Below, piece by piece: positions 1 to 9,077 of a stretch of 64,000 bases of DNA. The position numbers and the translations under genes are program-made. Under the pieces are notes generated by a model. That model was given only the letters and a program-made list of their open reading frames with translations, did not search any database and had not been told where the DNA came from. The DNA is from Rhodospirillaceae bacterium (GTDB lineage: Bacteria > Pseudomonadota > Gammaproteobacteria > Steroidobacterales > Rariloculaceae), in contig PBDA01000044.1 in assembly GCA_002718345.1 (NCBI GenBank), positions 19,226 through 83,225 on the forward strand. Reading direction: 5' to 3'. Each line of letters opens with the position of its first letter. The stretch's first letter is position 1.

Positions 1-249
1 AGCGTTACCGTAGAGAGGACCTCCATTGTGAGCAGAACCAGGATGATTTAGCACCATTATTCGTCCCTTGGAATTAACTGCTACTCCTAATATTTCTCCT
101 AGATTCCTTTCTGGAGAGTACTTAAGAAAATTTGGAACTGAATGAAACGGTATTAAGGGCACATCATCGTTTGATTGTTGTGCGACTGCCGGACTAAGCC
201 ATATAAATGATGAAACAATCATTAAAACCACGGTATTTAAACACTTCAT
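1..249 (-). CDS. Secreted NHL-repeat / six-bladed beta-propeller-like protein; only the N-terminal 83 codons are present because the gene runs off the left edge
   Basis: My own translation of the minus strand from the ATG at 249 gives MKCLNTVVLMIVSSFIWLSPAVAQQSNDDVPLIPFHSVPNFLKYSPERNLGEILGVAVNSKGRIMVLNHPGSAHNGGPLYGNA, open to position 1. It has a signal peptide followed by an LGxxxGVAVxxxGxxxV blade-like motif. It is absent from the ORF track because it is truncated. Confidence 0.45.
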   Translation of the reverse strand, partial: MKCLNTVVLMIVSSFIWLSPAVAQQSNDDVPLIPFHSVPNFLKYSPERNLGEILGVAVNSKGRIMVLNHPGSAHNGGPLYGNA

Positions 250-300
250 AATTATTCCTTTTGAATCTGAAGTTAGTTAATAAAGGTTATCTCTTTAAAG

Positions 301-1389
301 TCACTCTGACATTAGACTACGATAAACTGTAATCGTTTTTTTAATAGTATCCTTTATACGAAATTTACTTTCTATACGCTGACGAGCCGCCTGACCCATT
401 TGTAGACGTAGATCAGGATTTTCATACAACCTACATATAGCATTATTAATTGCCCTAGGATCACGTGTAGGAACCACAATTCCTGTAATGCCATCTACCA
501 CCAACTCAGGACTCCCGCCACAGTCTGTAACTATCGATGGCACACGATAAACCATTGCTTCAATTACAGAACGTGCTAGGCCTTCCCTTTTTATAGAAGG
601 TAACACGAAGACATCACATGCCGCAGTAAGCGGTGTAGCATCTTCTACGTAACCGACCCTGTGTATTTTTCTTGAAACTGGACTTGCCAAGATTTTTTTA
701 TCTAACTTTTTGGAATCCATATCACCAACTAATAGCAAATGAATGTCCCAATCATCAGGAAAATCTTTCATCGCCTCTATCAACACTTCAATCCCCTTGC
801 GGGGCCTATAGGTAGCCACACATCCCACTACAAAAGCGCCTTCTGGAACACCAAAATCCTTCAGATTTGCAGGAGGTTTTTTATACCAATCCACATTATG
901 CCCTTTGTGGATAGTAATGAGATGTTTCGATGGCACACGCAAAGAAACAGGCCACATTCTTAAAAAATGATCACGGACAGCATCTGCTACACATATGATC
1001 CGATCAATCCTGGGATTGAGAGTTCGTTTCCATGAAATAGGATTAAAAAAACTGACATTACCTACAATGCCACGATAAACGACTATTCGAATTGATATTC
1101 CTCTTGTTGCAATCAACCCATTTTGCAATGCTCGATTTCCTAAGAGATGGATAATGTCATATTTGCCTTTATGCAATTCCTCGCGAAGCTGGGAAATTGC
1201 ATGAGAATCATTACGACCTTTAAATTCAATAGGAATAGTGTTTAGACCAGCATCGACAAGTTCCTTATGGCGGTAGTGTTGTTGAGAACAAACGACACTT
1301 ATATCTATTCCCTCTTCATGCATACCTAAAAATGTAGCAATAGTGGGCCGATCCGGGTCTTCAGTGATGCAAAGAACTTTTATTCTCAA
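301..1389 (-). CDS. Glycosyltransferase, GT-B fold (GT4-like), probable LPS core biosynthesis
   Basis: 362 aa. It has the C-terminal GT4-type signature REGLARSVIEAMVYRVPSIVTDCGGSPELVVDGITG. It is divergently paired with a GT9 heptosyltransferase. Confidence 0.8.
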   Translation of the reverse strand: MRIKVLCITEDPDRPTIATFLGMHEEGIDISVVCSQQHYRHKELVDAGLNTIPIEFKGRNDSHAISQLREELHKGKYDIIHLLGNRALQNGLIATRGISIRIVVYRGIVGNVSFFNPISWKRTLNPRIDRIICVADAVRDHFLRMWPVSLRVPSKHLITIHKGHNVDWYKKPPANLKDFGVPEGAFVVGCVATYRPRKGIEVLIEAMKDFPDDWDIHLLLVGDMDSKKLDKKILASPVSRKIHRVGYVEDATPLTAACDVFVLPSIKREGLARSVIEAMVYRVPSIVTDCGGSPELVVDGITGIVVPTRDPRAINNAICRLYENPDLRLQMGQAARQRIESKFRIKDTIKKTITVYRSLMSE

Positions 1390-1507
1390 GGTTTCTCACA
1401 ACTATATAGTTTCGAGAGATATTACTCATCCAAAAGGATAAAGTGAATGTATGTAGAAATTTTATCCTTGGAGTATCATTCACCAATTCTTTAAGCTATT
1501 AACTACG

Positions 1508-2590
1508 GTGTTATCTACTCTCAATTTTCCCCCGAAAAGAATATGCGTTATCAGGCTGTCTTCGATTGGAGACACTTGCCATATGGTTCCTGTTGTCCGT
1601 GCAATTCAAAAAGCTTGGCCGGATACAAAGCTAACATGGTTAATTGGAAAGGTGGAACACGAACTTCTTGCTGGTCTTGACAATGTTGAGTTTATTATCC
1701 TCGATAAAAAACGAGGTATTCGTGGATATGCAGATGTTTTTAGGCAGGTCCGACATAGAAATTTTGATCTTATGCTTCATATGCATGCCTCTTTGCGGGC
1801 AAATCTTGTCAGTCTAATGATTTCCTCAAAAACTCGTCTTGGTTTTGACCGCAATCGTGCTCGAGATTTTCAATGGTATTTTTGCAATAACCACATTCCT
1901 CATTTGCCTCGTCAGCATGTTATGGACGGATTTCTTCAATTTGCTAAGACTTTAAACATTAATCCAAAAGATTTAAGGTGGGATATTCCAATTTCTAAAA
2001 ATGATCGTGATTTTGCGCTTAATCATACAAGTGGTAGCAAACCTATTTTAGTAATTAGCCCATGCACAGGGGAACGTTTTAGAAATTTTAGAAACTGGAA
2101 AGCGAGCCATTACTCAAAAATCGCCGACTTTGCTGATTCACAATATGGGGCGAAAATTATCCTTACTGGCGGAAACACAGAAACAGAAAAAAAATATGGA
2201 GAAAAAATATCACTTAACTGCCAAGGAAACGTAACAAACTTAATTGGAAAAACTACATTAAAACAATTATTAGCTTTATTAGAGCGTGCTACTGTATTGC
2301 TTTGTCCTGACTCAGGGCCTGCACATATGGCTACAGCAGCTGGAACACCTGTTATCGGACTCTATGCAACATCTAATACAAATCGAACAGGCCCCTATAA
2401 AAGTCAACATTTAATCGTTGACAAGTATCCGGAAGCTGTACAGCAGGAATTTAATGCTAGAGTTAGCGAGATAAAATGGGGAAAGCGTGTTCGAAACCCA
2501 CATGCTATGGATTTGATAACTGTACCAGATGTAATGGAAAAACTATCCAAAGCATTTGAGGAAGCAGGAATAAAAACCCTCTCAACCTAA
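1508..2590 (+). CDS. ADP-heptose:LPS heptosyltransferase family (GT9)
   Basis: 360 aa with a GTG start. It carries the GT9 hallmarks RLSSIGDTCHMVPVVRAI (N-terminal) and LLCPDSGPAHMATAAGTPVIGLY (C-terminal). Confidence 0.8.
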   Translation: MLSTLNFPPKRICVIRLSSIGDTCHMVPVVRAIQKAWPDTKLTWLIGKVEHELLAGLDNVEFIILDKKRGIRGYADVFRQVRHRNFDLMLHMHASLRANLVSLMISSKTRLGFDRNRARDFQWYFCNNHIPHLPRQHVMDGFLQFAKTLNINPKDLRWDIPISKNDRDFALNHTSGSKPILVISPCTGERFRNFRNWKASHYSKIADFADSQYGAKIILTGGNTETEKKYGEKISLNCQGNVTNLIGKTTLKQLLALLERATVLLCPDSGPAHMATAAGTPVIGLYATSNTNRTGPYKSQHLIVDKYPEAVQQEFNARVSEIKWGKRVRNPHAMDLITVPDVMEKLSKAFEEAGIKTLST

Positions 2591-2634
2591 CCGAAATTAA
2601 TCATAACAATCTCATATCTGCTTTTAAAATACTC

Positions 2635-4089
2635 CTAGCGACCAGATGTTTGAGATAAAGTTTTAGTCAGGTGGTACAAAAACTCCTGCCCGTCAAAAAA
2701 AGAAGTGATAGATATACGCTCGTCCTGCCCATGTGCACGATTGTCTCCTCGTTCCCTAAAAATACCCGAAACACCGTAAACTGGGATACCTGCATTTCGC
2801 AGATATAGGCCATCAGTTGCACCAGCACTCATGATTGGAATTACAGGTACTCCTGGCCACATGTCTTCAGTAATAGTTTCGATAGGATTTAAAACCTCAG
2901 GCGTCAGAGGAGAAGGAGGTGAAGGCTTTGCATCAGCGAGTGGCGTGATGCTAACTTCACTATCTGCAACCAAAGAATTGAGCATATCTAATACATCAGA
3001 TGGGTGTTCATCAGGCAAGATCCTACAATTAACTATAGCTGTAGCACGTTGAGGCAACGCATTCTCAGCGTGGCCAGCTTCAAGTTGAGTTGCAACACAG
3101 GTAGTACGCATTCGGGAATTGTAGTTAGGAATGATAGCTAACCTGCTAATACTTTCCAGGTCCGGAACATCCTGCAAGATTCCAAGCATTGCAGCACCCA
3201 CTTCATCTGTCTCTAATAATGCAGTACGCTCAAAAAATGATCGAGTCACCTCATTAAGCCTAACCGGAAAGTCATAATCACGGATTCTTCCAAGTGCATC
3301 AGCAAGACGGTAAATTGCATTATCTTTTACAGGAAGTGAACTGTGTCCGCCTGGATTCATAACCTCTATGCGAAAACTCTGATAAATCTTTTCGCTAGCT
3401 TGCACATTATTTGATACATGTAACCCATCTTGAAGAAACCCCCCTCCTCCTTCATTTATAGCAAACTCTGCATCGATCAAATCACGATGGTTAGCAATAA
3501 GCCATGCAACACCGTTATTAGGGCCTGATTCTTCATCAGCAGTAAACGCCATAATGATGTCTCGATCAGGAAGAAAATTTTCTCGAAGCAACCGAATTAA
3601 ATTAGCCACATGAATGGCGATTTCATCTTTATCATCAAGAGTACCTCGGCCATAGTAATACCCATCCATTTCAGTGAATTTGAACGGGTCAACAGTCCAA
3701 TCTTCGGGGTCTGCCTCAACCACATCTAGATGTGCAAGAAAAAGTATCGGTTTGCTAGCAGCATCTCGCCCCCGGTAACGAACAATTAAATTACCTTTTC
3801 GTGGCAATTCACCAAGTACCTGGACATCCCTTTCAGGGAACCCTGCAGCAATGAGGTGATCTGCCATAGCCTGAGCAGCTACAGTTGTACTGCCTGTGCT
3901 ATGGGTAGTATCTATTTCTATAAGCTCATGAAGAAACTCCTTAGCCATTCTCTGATATGGATGAGCAAAATCAGTCTGAGCTAAAGCAGATATTTCTATC
4001 CATGAACAAAGCGCTAAAACCACTACAATGAACTTGATGGAACTCTTAGTAAAAATATTTTTAATTTTTGGAAACTTAGCGCAAATCAT
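2635..4089 (-). CDS. Secreted M20-family metallopeptidase (M20/M25/M40)
   Basis: 484 aa with an N-terminal signal/anchor. It has M20 ligand-type motifs LAHLDVVEA, GRGTLDDK, FTADEESG and HGQDERI. Confidence 0.8.
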   Translation of the reverse strand: MICAKFPKIKNIFTKSSIKFIVVVLALCSWIEISALAQTDFAHPYQRMAKEFLHELIEIDTTHSTGSTTVAAQAMADHLIAAGFPERDVQVLGELPRKGNLIVRYRGRDAASKPILFLAHLDVVEADPEDWTVDPFKFTEMDGYYYGRGTLDDKDEIAIHVANLIRLLRENFLPDRDIIMAFTADEESGPNNGVAWLIANHRDLIDAEFAINEGGGGFLQDGLHVSNNVQASEKIYQSFRIEVMNPGGHSSLPVKDNAIYRLADALGRIRDYDFPVRLNEVTRSFFERTALLETDEVGAAMLGILQDVPDLESISRLAIIPNYNSRMRTTCVATQLEAGHAENALPQRATAIVNCRILPDEHPSDVLDMLNSLVADSEVSITPLADAKPSPPSPLTPEVLNPIETITEDMWPGVPVIPIMSAGATDGLYLRNAGIPVYGVSGIFRERGDNRAHGQDERISITSFFDGQEFLYHLTKTLSQTSGR

Positions 4090-4377
4090 TGTTAATCAGT
4101 CCCTTCTATAAATTGCCTAGCTAGGTGAGCTTTAAAATAACATGGAAAAAACTCTCCGAGTTCCATTCTACCCAGTTTAAAATACCTAAGCTGACAAACA
4201 ACCACAGCTTTTTTTAATTATTTTCTATGCTTAGACTATCTCTAAATATAATTTCTTTTGCGCTTTAAAGCTCCAAGATAGGTAAACTTAACAAAATGAC
4301 TTGAAATCAATAAATTTTCTCTTGGCTTACCTCATGAACCAGAAACAAAAAATAAATACATTAATAGAGGAAAAATA

Positions 4378-5496
4378 ATGAACAAACGAATGATCAAAGC
4401 TAACTTTTATCTTGCTATTACATCGATGGGTATAGCTTTATCAGGAAATACCCAAAACGCTTCGTCAAAGTTTGTTGTTTCAGGATCTGCAGCTAAAGCA
4501 ATGTTGGATACTACATCTATCAACCTTGAAACGGCTGAAAAAATCACGATGGCTTGTGAGCGTTTAGCCGAAGAAGAAGAAGTCAGCATTAGTGTTTATG
4601 TTATTGATAATGATGGTAATAATGTATATATGCACCGAATGGATGGTGAACGTTGGGTAAACACAGCTACTGCAGAAATGAAGGCGCAAACAGCGTTGAC
4701 AATTCGTGGTCCCTCCAAAGAAAGAATGAACCAAGTAATACGCAACCCTAGTGAGGAATGGCAACAAATAGAGCTAGGCGTATTTTCTAATTCGGGTGGT
4801 CTCCCTATTATTGTGGATGATCAACTAATCGGTGCTATTGGGGTTGGTGGATCGGCACCAAGGGTTGAGGAAGGATGGAGTGATGAGATTTGTGCGCATA
4901 AGGCTATGACAGAAGTGATGGGACCACAGCCGCCTCTAGCAGAAGATATTCCACGCCCAAGAACTCCTACAGTTGCTCCAGTTCCGCGGTTTTCAGTAGA
5001 AACACCAACATCTAATCTTCCACCAGAATTTGTGGTCTCAGGGGATGCAGCAGCAGAGATTAGAAATGGAGCCCAAATTTCAGGTGATGCTGCAAGAAAT
5101 GTAGCTCAAGCCTGTCGTGCATGGTCAACAGAAAGGGAAGACACGATGTCATTAGTCATTTTAGATCCCTCGGGCGTGGCTGTTCATGGAGAGAGAATGG
5201 ACGGACAGGTTAATACTGGAATCCAAGCTGCCATGCTTCGAGCTCAAACAGCCCTGCAAAGTCGCGACCCAACCTCAGTACGTGGTGCCGGGTTAGCTAA
5301 TAGACCTTATGGTCTACCCCGTTCTGTTCTGTTATTCGAGTGGCACTTAGAACCGGGTGGACTACCAATAGTCGTTGATGGTCAAATGATAGGTGCGATA
5401 GGTGTGGGTGGAAGTAAGAATGATGAAGCCTGTGCTATTGCAGGACTTCAATCAGTTTTTGGTGATCGAGTTGCAGTGCCCGTTTACCCAAACTGA
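4378..5496 (+). CDS. Secreted protein with two tandem GlcG/HbpS-like (DUF336) domains
   Basis: 372 aa with a signal peptide. The motif GGLPI(I/V)VD-Q(L/M)IGAIGVGGS occurs twice, once in each half. The halves are joined by the Pro-rich linker PQPPLAEDIPRPRTPTVAPVPR. Confidence 0.75.
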   Translation: MNKRMIKANFYLAITSMGIALSGNTQNASSKFVVSGSAAKAMLDTTSINLETAEKITMACERLAEEEEVSISVYVIDNDGNNVYMHRMDGERWVNTATAEMKAQTALTIRGPSKERMNQVIRNPSEEWQQIELGVFSNSGGLPIIVDDQLIGAIGVGGSAPRVEEGWSDEICAHKAMTEVMGPQPPLAEDIPRPRTPTVAPVPRFSVETPTSNLPPEFVVSGDAAAEIRNGAQISGDAARNVAQACRAWSTEREDTMSLVILDPSGVAVHGERMDGQVNTGIQAAMLRAQTALQSRDPTSVRGAGLANRPYGLPRSVLLFEWHLEPGGLPIVVDGQMIGAIGVGGSKNDEACAIAGLQSVFGDRVAVPVYPN

Positions 5497-5543
5497 AAAC
5501 ACTGCCTTACAATGTATATAAGTTATTGCTAAAGGAGATAGCA

Positions 5544-5918
5544 ATGAGTTTAAAAATAAAAGGTACTTTAGCCATATTGGTATTCATGGCGATTAATCCA
5601 ATTGCTTCTGGACACCACTCACATGCCAACTATGTTGAATCAGAATGGTTGTTTCTTGAGGGTACTGTAAGTGAAATCCATTGGATGAACCCTCATAGTT
5701 GGATCTACCTTAATGTAACTGATGCTAATGGACAGCCAAGACCTTGGGCTATTGAAGGTGCTAGCGTGACACAGCTTCGCCGAGATGGATGGACTCAAGA
5801 AAGTATTCAGGTAGGCGATGAACTCCGTATGAGATGCCACCCATTGAAAGATGGTTCTAGAGGTTGTCTACTTGGCTACATAACGCTAGATGATGGTTCA
5901 GAAAAAGAGTTTGACTAA
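5544..5918 (+). CDS. Small secreted His-His/NPH protein, paralog 1 (I believe this is the family listed as DUF6152, unverified)
   Basis: The ATG at 5544 is preceded by AAGGAG; the track start at 5526 is an upstream TTG. The signal peptide ends ...NPIASG and is followed by HHSHANY. The core EIHWMNPHSWIYLNV is shared with the genes at 7660, 25096 and 26217. Confidence 0.7.
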   Translation: MSLKIKGTLAILVFMAINPIASGHHSHANYVESEWLFLEGTVSEIHWMNPHSWIYLNVTDANGQPRPWAIEGASVTQLRRDGWTQESIQVGDELRMRCHPLKDGSRGCLLGYITLDDGSEKEFD

Positions 5919-5958
5919 ATTTATTATTCAATCCGACTTATTAGGGGAAAAAGAAAAA

Positions 5959-6747
5959 ATGCGTCCATTAAAATTAAATATGCTCCTATCGCTCATAATC
6001 GGTTTAGTTGTTTCAGGGGCAGCTTATGCACAAGGCTGGTTTAAGTACGTTAGTGAACAAGATCAGTTTATTGTTAATTTCCCCTCAGACCCCGAAGTAA
6101 TTGAGGAAGATTACGTAACGGAATTTGGCGCAACTATTCCTTCACGTATCTATAGCGTCCAAAACCCAAATGGACGCTATGCGATTACAGTCATAGACTA
6201 CACGGTTGCTGAGCAAGCACACGAAGACCTGTGCCTTCAAATTGCCGCTGAAACCGATATAGTTAGTCCTAATACTTGCAGGGGGCGTGGACATTTCAGA
6301 GATATTAGAGGTGCTATTGCCTATGAATCCTGGAATATTCGCAAAAGAAATAGTGGTGAAATCACCTATGATGCTTTTGGACAGGTAGATGGCGTACCGG
6401 GCCATCAAATACAAATTCTGCACCCAGATCAATCTCGTTCATTCATTGGACTTTACATGCTTAATCAGCGACTTTATCTCTTGGAAGGAACAGTGCCGGA
6501 TGACTACCCTCCTCCAGGACTGTTTCAACAATCTTTAGGCATGCTTGATGAGATGGGAAGACGAATTCGATTTGAAGCTGATGATGAAGGGAATTACTCT
6601 CGTGTACAAACCCGTTATGAATACGTTGGTGTTGAAGATCCAATCACAGGAGAACCGGAATCAGAATTTTCTATAAGTAGTGATGGTCGTCTCAGACAGC
6701 CTAACGAATTTACTGGAGCATGGACACCAGATTCGTCCGAAAATTAG
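5959..6747 (+). CDS. Hypothetical secreted protein
   Basis: The ATG at 5959 follows GGGGAAAAAG, and the signal peptide is MRPLKLNMLLSLIIGLVVSGAAYA. The track start at 5890 overlaps the upstream gene and is unlikely. I recognise no family motif. Confidence 0.55.
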   Translation: MRPLKLNMLLSLIIGLVVSGAAYAQGWFKYVSEQDQFIVNFPSDPEVIEEDYVTEFGATIPSRIYSVQNPNGRYAITVIDYTVAEQAHEDLCLQIAAETDIVSPNTCRGRGHFRDIRGAIAYESWNIRKRNSGEITYDAFGQVDGVPGHQIQILHPDQSRSFIGLYMLNQRLYLLEGTVPDDYPPPGLFQQSLGMLDEMGRRIRFEADDEGNYSRVQTRYEYVGVEDPITGEPESEFSISSDGRLRQPNEFTGAWTPDSSEN

Positions 6748-6823
6748 TAATAATAAAAATCTTCACTATAAGAAGGATAATAAGGATAGAATCTTTTAAA
6801 AAGATAACTGCCTAGGAGGAAAA

Positions 6824-7648
6824 ATGAGCCACCGGGGAATAACAAGACCTAAAAATAATTCTATGATTAAACTTTTGGTGATACTTACCTTAGGGATTTT
6901 GTTAAGTTTTCGTTTTGCACTAGGACAAGACTCACCACCAAATATTGGGGGGGTGTGGAGTACAACAGTCACGGCTATAGATCACCCTAACTGGTCGGTT
7001 GAGGAGCTATTTGCCTGTAACTGCACATCGGAGACCTATGAGTACCTTGATGAGTTGCTTATGCCAGAAAATGATCACCTATCAGCTCTAGAAATTGAAG
7101 AAGCAATCAGCACTTATAATCGTGCAGCTATTCGTGAACTCTATACACAGGAACAAATAGATTATCTCGCTGTCTTTGATCATGCGGACGACCCTTCTAT
7201 CCAGTGTGAGTTATTTGGGGTATTTCGAACCATATTGCATAACGACCCGATACTGATTGAGCAATCCCAAGACCAAATCATAATTAGACCAGAAGATTTG
7301 GCCGCTGATCGTATAATTTACATGGATGGTCGAGGTCACCCAGAAAATGGGCCTTTGTCTGCAATAGGGCATTCGATTGGTTGGTATGAGGGAAATACAT
7401 TAGTTATTGAGACCGCCAATATCTCGGCCAATATTGCGGAAGATGCACTGAATATCCATAACGCTGACAATGCCCGTACAATTGAGCGCTATACTTTGAG
7501 TGAAGATGGGACGCGGCTGCATGGGCAATTCACATTAATTGATCCCATAATGTTTAGTGAGCCACTTGTTTTAGAACGTACTAGAGTTTTCACGCCAGAG
7601 GTTGAGCTATTGGATGCCCCTTGTGAATCAATCTCTGGTGAAATGTAA
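6824..7648 (+). CDS. Secreted ~250-aa partner protein, paralog A (uncharacterised family)
   Basis: AGGAGG lies 5 nt upstream of the ATG, and there is a signal peptide. It shares GVW, IQC, R-I-I-YMDGR, GHSIGWYEGNTLVIET, IDP and a C-terminal C-E motif with the genes at 25469 and 26623. Confidence 0.65.
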   Translation: MSHRGITRPKNNSMIKLLVILTLGILLSFRFALGQDSPPNIGGVWSTTVTAIDHPNWSVEELFACNCTSETYEYLDELLMPENDHLSALEIEEAISTYNRAAIRELYTQEQIDYLAVFDHADDPSIQCELFGVFRTILHNDPILIEQSQDQIIIRPEDLAADRIIYMDGRGHPENGPLSAIGHSIGWYEGNTLVIETANISANIAEDALNIHNADNARTIERYTLSEDGTRLHGQFTLIDPIMFSEPLVLERTRVFTPEVELLDAPCESISGEM

Positions 7649-7659
7649 AAGAGGGAAAA

Positions 7660-8103
7660 ATGATCAATAAAACTTTAATGCTTTTTTGTTGGGCAACAAT
7701 ATTACTCTCATTGCCTTCCCAAGCTCATCATAATCCAGCTGCTCACTATATCGTTGACGAACGCGTAGAAATCAATGGGATTGTCACCGAGTTCAGACCA
7801 GTGAATCCGCACTCACGTATTTACTTAGATGTAACAAACGATGAGGGCGAAATAGAACAATGGATGGCCGAAGGTGACAGTATTATTAATCTCAGACGAG
7901 CAGGCTGGACTGATGATCAATTTAAACCGGGAGACGAGGTTCAAGTCTTAGGGCGCCCTTCAAGATTTGGATATAACTTAGTTGAATGGACCTTTATCAC
8001 TTATTCTGATGGAGTTGAAGTTGGTGGTGGAAATGGCCAGTTCGGCGAAAGAATGAGGTTTGTTCAAACTCGTCTGGATGAGTATCGCCAACAACGCAAC
8101 TGA
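7660..8103 (+). CDS. Small secreted His-His/NPH protein, paralog 2
   Basis: 147 aa. The signal peptide ends ...LPSQA and is followed by HHNPAAHY. The core is EFRPVNPHSRIYLDV, with a later LRRAGW...KPGDEV motif. Confidence 0.7.
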   Translation: MINKTLMLFCWATILLSLPSQAHHNPAAHYIVDERVEINGIVTEFRPVNPHSRIYLDVTNDEGEIEQWMAEGDSIINLRRAGWTDDQFKPGDEVQVLGRPSRFGYNLVEWTFITYSDGVEVGGGNGQFGERMRFVQTRLDEYRQQRN

Positions 8104-8119
8104 TAAAGGAAAGAACTTT

Positions 8120-9052
8120 ATGATCACAAGGCGCCAGATTCTGGCGAACACTGGTCAACTATGCTTGTTGGGAGCATTTACGCCAACTCATTTACGCGCT
8201 CAAATCACCCTTATGCAGAGGGCAATCCCTAAAACTGGCGAATACTTACCAGTCATTGGTCTTGGAACCTATCGCACATTTAACGTTGGGGACGATCCCA
8301 ATGAACTTAACCCTCTTCAAAGGGTTCTAGAGTTGTTTTTTAGACATGGCGGCACAGTGGTGGATTCATCCCCAGCATATGGCCCATCTGAAGCTGCCTT
8401 CGGATATCTAGCAGAACGAATCAATTTGCCTGACGATTTATTTGTAGCTACCAAAGTTCGCGCAGGTAGCCATGCTGAAGGTATTCGTCAAATGGATGCT
8501 TCAGCACAAAAAATGGGCGTTGAAAATATTGATTTAATGCAGGTACATAGTTTGGCTGACTGGAAAACACAACTACCCATACTTAAAGAGAGAAAAGCAC
8601 AGGGCATTTATCGTTATATAGGAATTACTGCCTCTCGTGTGGAACTTTACGATGATTTCATCACTATTATGAATAATGAACCACTCGATTTTATTCAAAT
8701 TAACTATAGCGTTGCTGAAAGACAAGCAGAAGAAAGAATACTTCCGTTAGCCATGGACCGAGGAATCGCAGTATTTGTAAACCGTCCTTTCGTTGCGGGC
8801 GCTTTATTCTCACATGTTCAAAGTAAAGCTCTGCCAGACTGGGCAACAGAATTTGACTGTGATAGCTGGGGACAGTTCTTTCTTAAGTTTGTGCTCTCAC
8901 ATCCAGCTGTCACAGTAGCTCTTCAGGCAACATCAAACCCTCAACACCTTTTAGATAACTTAAGTGCAGGTCAAGGTTTGCTTCCAAATACAGAGCTTCG
9001 CCAACGTATGGTTGATCTGATTGGGCTAACTGGACGACCCCCCTGGACCTAA
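8120..9052 (+). CDS. Aldo/keto reductase with a twin-arginine (Tat) signal peptide
   Basis: From the ATG at 8120 the protein begins MITRRQILANTGQLCLLGAFTPTHLRAQ, which contains a T-R-R-x-I-L Tat motif. The AKR body includes GLGTY, DSSPAYG, IDLMQVHS and RYIGIT. It is a paralog of 18831..19766. Confidence 0.75.
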   Translation: MITRRQILANTGQLCLLGAFTPTHLRAQITLMQRAIPKTGEYLPVIGLGTYRTFNVGDDPNELNPLQRVLELFFRHGGTVVDSSPAYGPSEAAFGYLAERINLPDDLFVATKVRAGSHAEGIRQMDASAQKMGVENIDLMQVHSLADWKTQLPILKERKAQGIYRYIGITASRVELYDDFITIMNNEPLDFIQINYSVAERQAEERILPLAMDRGIAVFVNRPFVAGALFSHVQSKALPDWATEFDCDSWGQFFLKFVLSHPAVTVALQATSNPQHLLDNLSAGQGLLPNTELRQRMVDLIGLTGRPPWT

Positions 9053-9077
9053 TTGCCAGTGACATCCAGACATATAA

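Noticed and set aside
739-963. Short ORFs nested antisense in well-supported genes (739..963, 2831..3052, 4407..4767, 19209..19601, 21740..22090, 48620..48994 and similar).
   Set aside because: Each lies entirely within, and opposite to, a longer ORF with clear family motifs. Their translations are low-complexity or motif-free.
5890-5958. Long N-terminal extensions in the track that overlap upstream genes. The track starts are 5890, 8060, 25039, 25427, 26578, 27372 and 56044.
   Set aside because: In each case an internal ATG follows a Shine-Dalgarno-like sequence and begins a clean signal peptide. For 56230, it begins the conserved family N-terminus instead. The extensions overlap the preceding gene and encode no conserved sequence.
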